DNA from: an uncultured Clostridia bacterium
GTDB taxonomy: Bacteria; Bacillota; Clostridia; TANB77; CAG-508
Direction of reading: 5' to 3'
Length of the DNA: 64,000 bases
Assembly (NCBI GenBank): GCA_904419495.1
Contig: CAJFRV010000004.1
Coordinates: 31,790 to 95,789, forward strand
In this document: one piece after another, positions 37,518-46,588 of the stretch
Layout: each line of letters begins with the position of its first letter
Numbering within the stretch: the first letter of the stretch is position 1
Made by a program: the position numbers and the translations under genes
Notes under the pieces: model-generated
Told to the model about the DNA's origin: nothing
What the model saw: the letters and a program-made list of their open reading frames with translations, nothing else
The model's database searches: none

Positions 37518-38701
37518 CAAGTCATAGTTGCTCTTGCAATCATCAGCTCTTCATTTGTTGGTATTACAAATGTCCTAACTTTTGCATCTTTGGCTGTGAT
37601 TTCTGCTTCAATTCCTTTAACCTTTTGATTATATTCTTTATCTATTTTAACACCAAATACTTCTAGATAGTCACAAATAGCTTCTCTTGAATCTTGCCCT
37701 TTTTCTCCTACACCTGCTGTAAAAGTTAATATGTCAAATCCATTCATAGCCACTGCACATTTAGCAACATAACTCGCTACTAAATAATGAAAATTGTCTA
37801 ATGCTAATATAGACCTTTCATCTTCAGCTGTTGCTTCTGCCTCTATATCTCTAAAATCAACAGATACACCAGATATTCCATATGCTCCTGATTGCTTATT
37901 TAATATTTTTTCCATTTCATCTGGCTTTAGATTTTCTTTTTTCATAATATAGGTAACAACTGATGGATCTAAATCTCCACTTCTTGTTCCCATAGAGATT
38001 CCACCTAATGGTGTTAGTCCCATACTTGTTTCTACTGACCTTCCATTTTGAATCGCACAAACACTTGCACCTTGTCCTAAATGACAATTGATAATTCTTA
38101 ATTCTTTGATATCTTTCCCTACCAACTCTGCTACTCTATTTGCAACAAATTGATGAGAAGTTCCGTGAAAACCATACTTTCTAACTCCATATTTTTCATA
38201 ATATTCATATGGTATTGGATAAATATATCTTTTCTTTTCTAATGTTTGATGGAAGGCTGTATCAAATACAGCTACCATTTTAATGTTAGGCGCTAATTTT
38301 TTGCAAGCTTTAATCCCTAAAATTGCTGCTGGATTATGTAATGGTGCTAAATCTATACATTCCTCTATTCCTTTTATAACTTCATCTGTTATTACGACTG
38401 GATTAGCAAATTTTTCTCCACCATGGACAACTCTATGTCCGATGCCACCTAATTCTTCTAAATTTTTAATAACACCATAATGTGAATTTGTGAGTCTACT
38501 CAATACAAATGAAATTGCTTTATCATGATTTTTAGCATAGTGTTCAAATTTATGTACTTCTCCATTCACTTTATGTGTCAAAAATGAATCTGCCTGACCA
38601 ATTCTTTCAAAATATCCTTTTGCCAAAACATTTTCTGTTTCCATATCGATGATTTGATACTTTAGTGATGAACTTCCTGAATTTAACACTAATATTTTCA
38701 T
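37514..38701 (-). CDS. ackA: acetate kinase
   Basis: 'MKILVLNSGSSSLKYQI', 'GHRVVHGG', 'YGFHGTSH'. Confidence 0.85.
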   Translation of the reverse strand: MKILVLNSGSSSLKYQIIDMETENVLAKGYFERIGQADSFLTHKVNGEVHKFEHYAKNHDKAISFVLSRLTNSHYGVIKNLEELGGIGHRVVHGGEKFANPVVITDEVIKGIEECIDLAPLHNPAAILGIKACKKLAPNIKMVAVFDTAFHQTLEKKRYIYPIPYEYYEKYGVRKYGFHGTSHQFVANRVAELVGKDIKELRIINCHLGQGASVCAIQNGRSVETSMGLTPLGGISMGTRSGDLDPSVVTYIMKKENLKPDEMEKILNKQSGAYGISGVSVDFRDIEAEATAEDERSILALDNFHYLVASYVAKCAVAMNGFDILTFTAGVGEKGQDSREAICDYLEVFGVKIDKEYNQKVKGIEAEITAKDAKVRTFVIPTNEELMIARATMTC

Positions 38702-38806
38702 AAAAACTCCTTATCTTTGATTTCGTAAATAGCATATTTTCCTTATTATATAAGAAAAATTAGTTCTTATTTCAATCTTATATGAATTTTTCTGTATATA
38801 GTAAGG

Positions 38807-39805
38807 TTAGACTTCTTGTGCTTGCACCGCTGTTATAGCAACAACTCCTGCTATATCATCACTATTGCATCCTCTTGATAAATCATTTACTGGTTTTGCA
38901 ATTCCTTGACATAGTGGCCCATATGCTTCTGCTTTTGCTAATCTTTGTACCAATTTGTATCCAATATTTCCTGCATTTAAGTCAGGGAAAATTAATACAT
39001 TTGCTTCACCTTTTAATGGGCTATTTGGTGCTTTTGATTTTGCAATTTCTGGAATAATTGCTGCATCTAATTGCAATTCTCCATCTATCAATAAATCTTT
39101 TTGTTTTTCTTTTACTAATTTTGTTGCTTCAATTACTTTTTCAGTTAACTCAGAATGTGCACTTCCATAGGTAGAATAAGAAAGCATAGCTACTTTTGCT
39201 TCTTTTCCTACTAATTGTTTAAAACTTTTACTTGATGAAATCGCAATTTCTGATAATTGCTCTGGATTAGGATTTTCATTTAATCCACTATCTCCAAATA
39301 TGAATACCCCATTTTCTCCATATTCACAATCAGGTACTACCATAACAAAAAAGGCAGAAACTAATTTGGTATCGGGTAGCGTTTTTAAAATCTGTAAAGC
39401 TGGTCTTAATGTGTCTGATGTAGAATGCGCTGCTCCTGAAACTAATCCGTCTGCTTTATTATCTTTTACCATCAACATTCCATAATATACTGGATCTAAA
39501 ACCAATTCTTTTGCTTTTTCTATTGTCATTCCTTTGTGTTTTCTTAATTCATATAAAAGATTTACATATGTATTATAATTTTCTGATTTCTGTGGATCTA
39601 CAATTTCTGCACCTTCAATATTTATCTCATTTGTTTTTGCCTTTTGTAAAATATTTTCTTCATTTCCTATTAAAATGATATTTGCGTATTTTTCTTTCAT
39701 TACCTTTTCTGTTGCTTTTAATACTCTTATATCTTCTGCTTCTGGAAGAATAATAGTTTTCATTTCTTGTTTTGCTCTTTGTTTTATTTCTTCAATAAAT
39801 GACAT
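38807..39805 (-). CDS. pta: phosphate acetyltransferase
   Basis: 'TIILPEAED..VLKA', 'SGAAHSTSDTLRPALQ', 'GPL.QG..KPVNDLSRG'. The ATG at 39805 (MSFIEEI) is preferred over the GTG at 39814 used by the track. Confidence 0.85.
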   Translation of the reverse strand: MSFIEEIKQRAKQEMKTIILPEAEDIRVLKATEKVMKEKYANIILIGNEENILQKAKTNEINIEGAEIVDPQKSENYNTYVNLLYELRKHKGMTIEKAKELVLDPVYYGMLMVKDNKADGLVSGAAHSTSDTLRPALQILKTLPDTKLVSAFFVMVVPDCEYGENGVFIFGDSGLNENPNPEQLSEIAISSSKSFKQLVGKEAKVAMLSYSTYGSAHSELTEKVIEATKLVKEKQKDLLIDGELQLDAAIIPEIAKSKAPNSPLKGEANVLIFPDLNAGNIGYKLVQRLAKAEAYGPLCQGIAKPVNDLSRGCNSDDIAGVVAITAVQAQEV

Positions 39806-39839
39806 TTCATTCACATTCCTTTCTATAGTATAGACTTGA

Positions 39840-39959
39840 TTGGAAAAGAATTAAATTTTGGCTAGGAAAACAAATTTGAAATTTATGAAGCGTACTATTT
39901 GTACGTTGATTATATTTCAAATGAAGTTTGACGACGCTAAAATTGTAATTATTTTTCAA
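39840..39959. repeat. family D structured element, copy 2 (5' of pta)
   Basis: See 37400-37517. Confidence 0.75.
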
Positions 39960-40004
39960 TCTATTGCCTCCTTTACCTCAACCATTATATAATATAAACA
40001 AAGT

Positions 40005-40040
40005 AAAGCACAAGTCTTTTCTTAAAAAACTTTGTGCTTT
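40005..40040 (-). terminator. probable terminator after the PAP2-DgkA gene
   Basis: AAAGCACAAGT / ACTTTGTGCTTT stem with one bulge; T-rich tail on the minus strand. Confidence 0.5.
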
Positions 40041-40052
40041 TCCTCTAACTAA

Positions 40053-41090
40053 TTAAAATATTTTAGGTAAAAATATAATTAATCCAACAATTACAGAAAC
40101 GATTGCAGAAAATAATACTGCACCTGCTGCAATATCTTTTGCATATTTTGCTTTTTCGTTAATTTCTGGCATAGCAATATCCACTGTCGTTTCAATGGCC
40201 GTATTGATCAATTCTAATGAAATGACAATCGCAAATAATAATAAACATACAATCCATTCCATGGCTGATATTTTTAAAATAAATCCTGCAATAATCACCA
40301 ATGCCATAATGACAAAATGTATTTTTAAATTTTGCTCTGTTTTCCATGCCTCTCCAATTCCTTCAAAGGCATACTTGAAACTATTTCTTAATTTTTTTCT
40401 TTTTTTTCTTAATTCTACCATTTTTCTTTTATTCTTCATTGTATTCTTTTTTTCCTTTTCCTTCTCCAATTGTAATATAGACCTAGTAATATTGGTAAAT
40501 AGTAATAGATATACAATAGATATCGCAAATCCGCCAATTACATCACTTGCATAATGTACTCCTAAATAAATTCTGCTAAATCCAATCATTGGTATCAAAA
40601 ATCCTAAGACTCCACAACTGATGTATTTAATCTTTTTGTTTTTTACCATTTTCCATATTAAATAAATAATCAATCCATAAAATGCCATACTGACCATAGA
40701 ATGCCCTGAAGGGAAGCTATATCCACTTTCTGCAATCAGTCTATATCCATCTGGTCTTGGTCTTTGTATTATATATTTTAATAATTGATTTAACAAAGTT
40801 GTAATGACTAAATTGCTAGCTACACATAAGCCTACTTTTTTATTTTTTACAAAAAGCAAAGTTCCTAAGGTTATCGCTATTAATACATATGCAGAAGATA
40901 GGTTGGTTATTACCTTCATCATCACAGTCAGTGGTTCTGATCTTAGATTAAGAATCACTAGTCTATATACAAACATATCTAACGATAATTGCTCATTTTC
41001 AAAAATGTCTTCTAACATCATTAAGACAATAATTAGACAAAGGAAAGCGATAATCCATTTATAATTTTTTTCTATAATTCGTTTTAGCAT
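40053..41090 (-). CDS. fusion protein: PAP2 (BcrC-like) lipid phosphatase plus DgkA-type diacylglycerol/undecaprenol kinase
   Basis: N-terminal half has 'KYIIQRPRP', 'PSGHS', 'SRIYLGVHYASDV' (PAP2 C1-C3 motifs). C-terminal half has 'FKYAFEGI....EQN..IH' and 'ELINTAIE..VD' (DAGK_prokar). A K-rich linker joins them. Confidence 0.75.
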   Translation of the reverse strand: MLKRIIEKNYKWIIAFLCLIIVLMMLEDIFENEQLSLDMFVYRLVILNLRSEPLTVMMKVITNLSSAYVLIAITLGTLLFVKNKKVGLCVASNLVITTLLNQLLKYIIQRPRPDGYRLIAESGYSFPSGHSMVSMAFYGLIIYLIWKMVKNKKIKYISCGVLGFLIPMIGFSRIYLGVHYASDVIGGFAISIVYLLLFTNITRSILQLEKEKEKKNTMKNKRKMVELRKKRKKLRNSFKYAFEGIGEAWKTEQNLKIHFVIMALVIIAGFILKISAMEWIVCLLLFAIVISLELINTAIETTVDIAMPEINEKAKYAKDIAAGAVLFSAIVSVIVGLIIFLPKIF

Positions 41091-41122
41091 TTGTATTTTC
41101 CACTTCTTTCCTATTTTTTAAA

Positions 41123-42232
41123 CTATAATTTTATTACCTTTTCCCATGTTAAGTTTTCTTTTCCAAAATGTCCATAATTAGTTGTTAATGAATAAATTGG
41201 CTTATCCAATTCTAAATATTTGATAATACCATCTGGTGTCAAATCAAATTTGTCTTTAATTTTTGTAATTAAAACTTCTTCTGATATTGTACCTGTTCCA
41301 AATGTATTGACATGAATAGATAATGGTTCTTTCATTCCAATCGCATAAGAAATTTGTATTTCGCATTTTTTTGCATATCCATTAGCAACAATATTTTTAG
41401 CAATATGTCTCAACATGTAAGCAGCTGATCTATCTACTTTACTAGCATCTTTTCCAGAAAATGCTCCTCCACCATGTCTTGCATATCCGCCATATGTATC
41501 GACAATAATTTTTCTACCAGTAAGTCCTGTATCTCCTAAAGGTCCGCCAATTACAAACTTTCCAGTTGGATTAATATAGATTTTGGTATTTTCATCCATC
41601 ATATTTTCTGGAATTACTGGTTTGATAACCTTTTCAATAACATCTTTTCTTAATGTATCTTGAGTGATTTCTTCATTGTGCTGTGTAGAAACCAATATTG
41701 TTTCAATTCTTTTGGGCTTATCATCCTCATATTCAACTGTTACTTGTGTTTTTCCATCTGATCTTAAATAGTCTATTTCTTTATTTTTTCTTACTTCTGT
41801 TAGTCTTCTAGATAATTTATGAGCCATAGAAATGGCATATGGCATATATTCTGGTGTTTCATCACAAGCAAATCCAAACATAATACCTTGGTCTCCAGCA
41901 CCTCCGATATCGACACCTAATGCTATATCTGGACTTTGTTTTGTAATATTAATGTCAATATCGCATGTTTTATAATCCATATCAATATTTTCATTATCAT
42001 ATCCAATTTCTTTTATCTTTTCCCTTACTAGTTTTTCAATGTCTACTTCTCCTTTAGCTGTTACTTGTCCTGCAATGGTAATTCTATTACCTGAAGCAAA
42101 AGTTTCTACTGCTACTCTTGCATGATTATCTTGTTTTAAATATTCATCTAATATACAGTCTGAAATTGTATCACATAATTTGTCTGGATGTCCTTCTGTT
42201 ACACTTTCTGATGTAAAATAATATTTATTCAT
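41123..42232 (-). CDS. metK: S-adenosylmethionine synthetase
   Basis: '[15 protein letters not shown]', '[12 protein letters not shown]', 'GGGAFSGKD'. Confidence 0.9.
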   Translation of the reverse strand: MNKYYFTSESVTEGHPDKLCDTISDCILDEYLKQDNHARVAVETFASGNRITIAGQVTAKGEVDIEKLVREKIKEIGYDNENIDMDYKTCDIDINITKQSPDIALGVDIGGAGDQGIMFGFACDETPEYMPYAISMAHKLSRRLTEVRKNKEIDYLRSDGKTQVTVEYEDDKPKRIETILVSTQHNEEITQDTLRKDVIEKVIKPVIPENMMDENTKIYINPTGKFVIGGPLGDTGLTGRKIIVDTYGGYARHGGGAFSGKDASKVDRSAAYMLRHIAKNIVANGYAKKCEIQISYAIGMKEPLSIHVNTFGTGTISEEVLITKIKDKFDLTPDGIIKYLELDKPIYSLTTNYGHFGKENLTWEKVIKL

Positions 42233-42360
42233 TCTATTTCCTCTTTTCTTTTATTATTGCAATAAATTCTTTTCTTAATTATATAGGAAAAGTCAGTTTT
42301 TATCTTGGCTACATAAAAGATTTTTCCATACATAATAATCAAGCTTCTTATATTGCATAA

Positions 42361-42389
42361 TTATTACATTTTTTTGTTATTTTGTCAAT
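42361..42389 (-). promoter_or_regulatory. promoter of metK
   Basis: TTGACA (42389-42384), 16-17 nt, TGTAATAAT. Confidence 0.5.
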
Positions 42390-42391
42390 GT

Positions 42392-42433
42392 TAAAAAGAT
42401 GTGTGTTAATAAAATTAAACTCTTAACACACAC
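42392..42433 (-). terminator. intrinsic terminator of the lipid kinase gene
   Basis: Stem 42401-42410/42424-42433 (TGTGTGTTAA / TTAACACACA) plus a T run. Confidence 0.65.
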
Positions 42434-42445
42434 CTCTACTGGAAT

Positions 42446-43372
42446 TTATTTCTCTTTTTCATTTATCTCTTCTTTCTCACAAACTGCAAGTTCAATTGCC
42501 TTATTACAATTTTCTATTTCTACAAAATTCATATTTCCAGCATATTCTCCATCAATTGTCCAATCAACATTTTTTTCAGTTATAATGGTAATCTTATTTG
42601 CTTTAAAATACACAAAATCTCGGTTTATCATATAATCCTTATGTCTAAAATCACTTAATAATCTAAAATACCCTGAAAGTTTTTTAGGCTTTCTAATAAA
42701 AATAGCTTCAAATTTTCCATCTGCTAAATCAATGTCTTCTCGGCGAAACCACTTAAACCCTGCTATTGACTCAGAGTTGCTAATTCCTCCATAAATAAAT
42801 TCTCCTTCTAATTCTTCTTCATCAAATGCAATTTTTAATTTATAAGTTGGTATCCTTATTAATTCCTTTATTGCCTTCATATAATATGCTAATCTACCAT
42901 ACTTATTTTTGGCTTTTTGGGAAGTTTTATATGATACATCTGTAATAACCCCAAAAGCTGCTACATAACAAAAATATTTATCATTATTAAATTTTCCCAC
43001 ATCTAATATTTTAGCCTTTGACTGTAATAATCTTTTTGTTATAGATATATCTTTTATTGGCATATCCAGACTTTTAGCTAAATCATTTGTTGTTCCCATA
43101 GGAATATAAGCAATACTTATTTCTTTTGCATTTAATTCCATCAAAGCAGATATTGTTTCATTAAAAGTTCCATCTCCACCACAAACCAATATCAAATCTG
43201 TTTCTTCAATATTATCTATCACTACATTTCTTGCATTATAATCCTTTTTTGTAAGCTGTATATTAACTTGCATATTTTGTTCTTCTAAGTTCTGTTTGAT
43301 TTCTCTTATATAGTTTTTTATATTTCCTTTTCCAGATGTTGGGTTTATAATCACTAATACTCGAATATTCAA
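42446..43372 (-). CDS. diacylglycerol kinase catalytic-domain lipid kinase (YegS/DagK family)
   Basis: 308 aa; 'NPTSGKG', 'GGDGTFNE', 'PMGTTNDLA'. Confidence 0.75.
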   Translation of the reverse strand: MNIRVLVIINPTSGKGNIKNYIREIKQNLEEQNMQVNIQLTKKDYNARNVVIDNIEETDLILVCGGDGTFNETISALMELNAKEISIAYIPMGTTNDLAKSLDMPIKDISITKRLLQSKAKILDVGKFNNDKYFCYVAAFGVITDVSYKTSQKAKNKYGRLAYYMKAIKELIRIPTYKLKIAFDEEELEGEFIYGGISNSESIAGFKWFRREDIDLADGKFEAIFIRKPKKLSGYFRLLSDFRHKDYMINRDFVYFKANKITIITEKNVDWTIDGEYAGNMNFVEIENCNKAIELAVCEKEEINEKEK

Positions 43373-43450
43373 AATCTTGTTTCCTTCTTTCTTTTTTTAT
43401 CTACATAATTCTATCATATTTTGTAAAAATAGTAAAGGATATGATTTTGA

Positions 43451-43540
43451 GGACGGAGGATGTCAACGGGGACGGAGAAGAATGACACGATTTTGAAAAA
43501 TTGTGTCATTCTTCTCCGTCCCCGTTGACATCCTCCGTCT
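43451..43540. repeat. family A palindrome, copy 1 (~39-bp stem)
   Basis: 43451-43489 pairs with 43502-43540 (two G:T). The core is GTCAACGGGGACGGAGAAGAATGACAC. Confidence 0.85.
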
Positions 43541-43554
43541 CCATTGACATAAAT

Positions 43555-46167
43555 CTACTCTGTTCTTAATGCCTCTACTGGATCTTTTTTGCTTGCCATT
43601 TTTGCTGGAATTAGACCTGCAATAATTGTTAGTATCATACTAATTAACACAAGGATAACACCGCCAGCCACTGGAAGTGATACTGTTACACTAACACCTG
43701 TTACAGCATAAATAATTTTTGTAATTGGTATATTTAATAATACGGTTACACCTATTCCTAACAATCCTGCAATTAGTCCTACAATAAAGGTTTCTGCATT
43801 AAATACTCTTGATATATCCTTTTTAGACGCTCCAATTGCTCTTAAAATTCCAATTTCCTTTGTTCTTTCTAATACAGATATATACGTAATGATTCCTATC
43901 ATAATAGATGAAACCACTAATGAAATAGCAACAAATGCAATTAATACATAACTAATTGTATCAATAATTTGACTAACAGAACTCATCATAATACCAATTA
44001 AATCTGTATAATTGATAACATTTTCTTCTTTTCCATCATCTCTTTGTTTTTGATTATAATTATCAATTTCTTGGGTTATCACATCTTTTGCGTCAAAGTC
44101 TTTTGGATAAATACTAATTGATGATGGTTTGTTAAGATCAACAGCTCCTAATAATTCTAAATTTCCATCATAACTAGCATTAGCATTATTACTGTATGTT
44201 TCCATAATTTCAGCCAATTCCTCAGTACTTAACATTGCCAACTGTGCTCTTTGCTCATCACTTAATTGACTATAATCAAATGTTTTAGAATCTTCATCTG
44301 GAAATGCTAATCCTGTAAATACATTAATATCTGGATTATTTTTTTGTTCTTTTACGATTTCTGCCTCATTGGTTTTATTGATAACATATTCTTTTAAATC
44401 CTTTGTATATCCAATTCCACCACTCATTCCTGTTGCTACACTTTGCTCATTTTGTTTAATAATTCCAACAACATTTATGTTTTCACAATTGTTAAGAAGT
44501 TCTTTCATAAAGTCTTCATTTTCACTTTTATCTACCCATAATCCATTTTCCTTTTCATAATAATCAGAATTTAACACTAATTTAAAAGATAAATTTAATA
44601 ATTCATCATAAGTATATGATGTTGATTCTGATTCTTCTACTTCTTCTCCATTTTGAACTTTATTCCATCTTTCTTCTAACTCATTTTGATCTTTTAGTCC
44701 TAGGGCATATAGCGCATAATCACTAATTTCGTTATTTTCATTCACAATTAAAACCACTTCATTATAATTTGTAGGCCAGCTTCCTGCTACTAAATCATAT
44801 TGAGAATGTAATAATTCTTCATTATCTAGCATTTCTTCCCAGACATCTGTATTAGACATACTTGTCATACTAGAACCAAACATAGAACTCACAGAAGAAT
44901 TTTCTCTTGCATCCAACATCTCTTCCATGCCTAGTGCATCCATAACTGTACTTGGATTTACTCGAACCACTCCATTAGAAGTATCTTCTTTGTACAAATT
45001 AATGTTTAAATTATAATTATATTTAATAGCACTTGCATTGTCTTTTATCGTGCTATTCTCATTTTCAATATGATTTTTTAATGCCTCTAAATTGTTACTT
45101 GAAACCTTACTTGATAAAGTAGATATCATATCATTCATAATATCTCTAGAATAAATTTTACCATCTTCATGGGATTCCGCATTTTCTTCTGTTTCGCCCA
45201 TCAAACCTTCCATTATACTAGATATGTCTACTGTTGATTCATCAATAGTAACTGGATAAGAAGATAATGTATCTTCCTCTACTCGATTAATATAGTTTTG
45301 CACACCATTTGAAATTGATAAAATTAAGGCAATACCAATAATCCCTATACTTCCTGCAAATGATGTTAGTAAAGTTCTTCCTTTTTTGGTCATCAAATTA
45401 TTTAAACTAAGTCTTAAGGCTGTAAAGAATTTCATAGCAGTTCTTCCATCTTTTGCTTTTGCATCTTTTTCATTTTTTCTATCTTCTTCTGTAAATGGCT
45501 TTGAATCATCTGTTATGACACCATCTAAGATTTTAACAATCCTTGTAGAATATTTTTCTGCTAATTCTGGGTTGTGGGTAACCATAACAATTAATTTATC
45601 TTTTGAAATTTCTTTTAAAATCTCCATAATTTGTACACTGGTTTTTGTGTCTAAAGCACCTGTTGGTTCATCTGCCAAGATAATATCTGGGTTATTTACC
45701 AATGCTCTTGCAATTGCAACTCTTTGCATTTGTCCACCTGATAACTGATTTGGCTTTTTATGAATTTGTTCTTTTAATCCAACAGCTTCTAATGCTTTGA
45801 TTGCTCTTTCTTTTCTTTCTTCTCTAGATACCCCTGATATGGTAAGGGCTAATTCTACATTAGAAAGAATCGTTTGATGTGGGATTAAATTATAGTTTTG
45901 AAAAACAAATCCTACAGAATAATTTCTGTAAGCATCCCAATCTTTATCTTTAAATTTCTTGGTTGATTTTCCATTAATCACTAAATCTCCTGAGGTATAT
46001 CTATCTAGTCCTCCAACAATATTTAATAATGTTGTTTTTCCGCAACCACTTTGCCCTAAGATAGATACAAACTCACTTTTTCGGAACTCAATACTAATTC
46101 CTTTTAATGCTTGAACTGTTGAATCTCCTGAAATATAATCTTTTGTAATATTTTTTAACTCTAACAT
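43555..46167 (-). CDS. MacB-like ABC transporter, fused ATPase plus FtsX permease with a large extracytoplasmic domain
   Basis: GQSGCGKTT, 'LSGGQMQRVAIARAL', C-terminal FtsX 4-TM module. ATG 46167 is correctly spaced from AAGGAG. Confidence 0.8.
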   Translation of the reverse strand: MLELKNITKDYISGDSTVQALKGISIEFRKSEFVSILGQSGCGKTTLLNIVGGLDRYTSGDLVINGKSTKKFKDKDWDAYRNYSVGFVFQNYNLIPHQTILSNVELALTISGVSREERKERAIKALEAVGLKEQIHKKPNQLSGGQMQRVAIARALVNNPDIILADEPTGALDTKTSVQIMEILKEISKDKLIVMVTHNPELAEKYSTRIVKILDGVITDDSKPFTEEDRKNEKDAKAKDGRTAMKFFTALRLSLNNLMTKKGRTLLTSFAGSIGIIGIALILSISNGVQNYINRVEEDTLSSYPVTIDESTVDISSIMEGLMGETEENAESHEDGKIYSRDIMNDMISTLSSKVSSNNLEALKNHIENENSTIKDNASAIKYNYNLNINLYKEDTSNGVVRVNPSTVMDALGMEEMLDARENSSVSSMFGSSMTSMSNTDVWEEMLDNEELLHSQYDLVAGSWPTNYNEVVLIVNENNEISDYALYALGLKDQNELEERWNKVQNGEEVEESESTSYTYDELLNLSFKLVLNSDYYEKENGLWVDKSENEDFMKELLNNCENINVVGIIKQNEQSVATGMSGGIGYTKDLKEYVINKTNEAEIVKEQKNNPDINVFTGLAFPDEDSKTFDYSQLSDEQRAQLAMLSTEELAEIMETYSNNANASYDGNLELLGAVDLNKPSSISIYPKDFDAKDVITQEIDNYNQKQRDDGKEENVINYTDLIGIMMSSVSQIIDTISYVLIAFVAISLVVSSIMIGIITYISVLERTKEIGILRAIGASKKDISRVFNAETFIVGLIAGLLGIGVTVLLNIPITKIIYAVTGVSVTVSLPVAGGVILVLISMILTIIAGLIPAKMASKKDPVEALRTE

Positions 46168-46330
46168 TCTCATTCTCCTTTAAACAATAAAAGAACAATA
46201 ACGGTTTTTTAACACTTTATCTGTTTATAACATTTTAAAAGCCCACGTCATTGTTCAGTATCAAATTTTACTTTGTAAAATTTGTGTACAATGATTACTA
46301 TTATAAAAAAACTTATGTTTCTATAATAGC

Positions 46331-46365
46331 TAACTAGTCATGTATAGTTTTAACATGACTAGTTA
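46331..46365. other. 13-bp perfect hairpin without a U tract
   Basis: TAACTAGTCATGT / ACATGACTAGTTA between the small membrane protein gene and the ABC gene. Confidence 0.5.
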
Positions 46366-46402
46366 ATATATTCAATATTTTTCACACAAAATTTACAAAC
46401 TA

Positions 46403-46588
46403 TTAAATATTCATATTGTTTTCTGTATAGTAATATTCTCCCTCATCTCTTATTAAATCTCTAAATTCATCTCTAGAGGCTTCTACAAATCCTCTAGCAA
46501 TTCCTAGCAATACTAGCACTATTGTAATAGAAAGATAAATTCCAAATGCAATTGCTGCATATTTAATAAATCTTTGAAACCCTGTCAT
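46403..46588 (-). CDS. small membrane protein (61 aa), translationally coupled to the LiaF-like gene
   Basis: ATGA start/stop overlap at 46585-46588; one TM helix; acidic C-terminus. Confidence 0.45.
   Translation of the reverse strand: MTGFQRFIKYAAIAFGIYLSITIVLVLLGIARGFVEASRDEFRDLIRDEGEYYYTENNMNI

Noticed and set aside
42233-42360. A SAM riboswitch (S-box or SMK-box) in the metK leader.
   Set aside because: I could not find the conserved S-box helices and junction motifs. I also found no SD-pairing SMK-type arrangement in the ~125-nt leader. It would need cmscan to exclude fully.
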